A stretch of DNA of 20,000 bases. Source: Craspedostauros australis (Eukaryota). Shown here in pieces: positions 18,693 to 20,000 of the stretch. Position numbers and translations under genes: made by a program. Numbering within the stretch: position 1 is the first letter of the stretch; every line of letters begins with the position of its first letter. The stretch spans positions 117,043 to 137,042 of the forward strand of contig JALAGF010004429.1 in the NCBI GenBank assembly GCA_030167865.1, written 5' to 3'. The notes under the pieces are model-generated. The model made no database searches. It had not been told where the DNA came from and saw nothing but the letters and a program-made list of their open reading frames with translations.

Positions 18693-19958
18693 TCGTAATC
18701 CCTGTAGGTCTAATACAAATAATTAACCATTACATTTTTGAGTTAGATCCTATTTTAAGTTTTACGGACCGATGGATATGCGCAATTTTCGATCTCTCTC
18801 GGGTTTCAGCCTTGCGCCTACGACTACATCGACCCAACTTAACCCTTTGCTGTTCTTCGTTTCAGCAAGGTTGTTCCCATTTTGAATTGTTTAGTCTCTT
18901 TTTGAGGTGTTCCGATCAGACCATCCAACACCCCGTCCACGATAGCGCTAGTTGAAGAGTTTTGGGAGAAGCGGCGAGTGCGCATTTGCATCCATTCTAC
19001 CCTGTGCTTGTCTGATCCGTCATCTACGTCACCAGGCCGGCTGCTGCGTCATGAACCACCAATCATAGCACGATGTGAAGCAGCATCAGCAACGTTTCGT
19101 CGTGACGGAATGGTCGAGTTGCATTGGTACTCCAGAAGTGTTTTGTGTCATGCTTCTTTCGCGCATTTGGCTAGGTGTTTGCAATTACCTTATCCCCCAG
19201 TATGTCCGACTGGTTGAGAGTGCCAAACTCCAAAAACCAACAACATGGCAATGGCAAAACACCAAAAAACGCCACAATGGCCGTCCAACGGCAATCAATG
19301 CGCCGCACCAACCAGCGGTCCAATGACAAATCCAAGCGCATCACCGTCACCGCAATGCAACCGTTGGTGGGTGGACGAGAGGGGGCCGCGAGTGCGCTTG
19401 ATTTGGGGCCGTCGCAGGCCCCAGATCAAACGTCACAATTTCGCGCCAGATTGCCTCGTTGCATATGGCCGGTGTACTCCATCCACAGCCCAAGCCAACG
19501 CCTATGGATGGACAGGATGGCTCCGGGAGGCCCCAACCAAGATGTCCACGAAGTTTCAGGCTCGGGGAGGACTGGGAAGCCGTCCGCGCGGAGGAAAAGG
19601 TGGAGGGCAAACAATTTTCGCGGTGTGTTGTGGGGGTTTCCATCATGTGGCTTTGGCTGTGCAGGGCACCATCGCCAACTCACACAATTGCCAAGCCACC
19701 CATACAAGATGCGTGCGAAATCAATGGAAAATTCACCTCGCGAAGTTTGCGCCGCGGAGACGGTCTACAAGAGGCAGCACCCCACCATATCCGACGAATG
19801 GTTGTTGTTGGTGGGTGCCCCCCAAAAACCAATGGCATCACCAAATGGAGCTGTATCTTTGGGTGCACACATTCCCAGCCCATTCTGGATGCTTCAGCGT
19901 GTCGCCAGGGAGTGTTAGAATGCACGAGGACCATGTGGATGGGCTGCAAGGATCGTAA

Positions 19959-19992
19959 GGATGCGGTATGGATCCGTATCCATACCGCATCC
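19959..19992. repeat. Perfect inverted repeat: 15-bp arms, 4-nt loop
   Basis: GGATGCGGTATGGAT-ccgt-ATCCATACCGCATCC. Confidence 0.95.
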
Positions 19993-20000
19993 GGATTGCA

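Overview
Gene-dense eukaryotic nuclear DNA, almost certainly from a diatom or a related ochrophyte alga: it has GT-AG introns and an exact ASAFAP bipartite plastid-targeting presequence. Six protein genes can be modelled from the sequence. (1) COQ4, minus strand, 2 exons. (2) A Pex14-N/TM/PUB-domain protein, plus strand. (3) A KDM2/KDM7(Jhd1)-type JmjC histone demethylase, minus strand. (4) A 3-exon DENN-ENTH fusion with an epsin-like NPF/DPF tail, minus strand. (5) A giant (~1290 aa) FEX/CrcB fluoride-exporter-like protein whose first Fluc repeat is split by a ~480-aa insertion, plus strand. (6) Plastid-targeted CHLM with a 653-nt intron, minus strand. The most unusual signals are the three domain architectures (Pex14-PUB, DENN-ENTH, split FEX). 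Non-coding structures include a degenerate 80-bp tandem duplication upstream of CHLM, a 15-bp motif shared by the DENN intron-1 5' end and a candidate 5'-UTR intron, and a perfect 15-bp-stem hairpin at the window end. All domain calls come from recognising motifs by eye; no searches were run.
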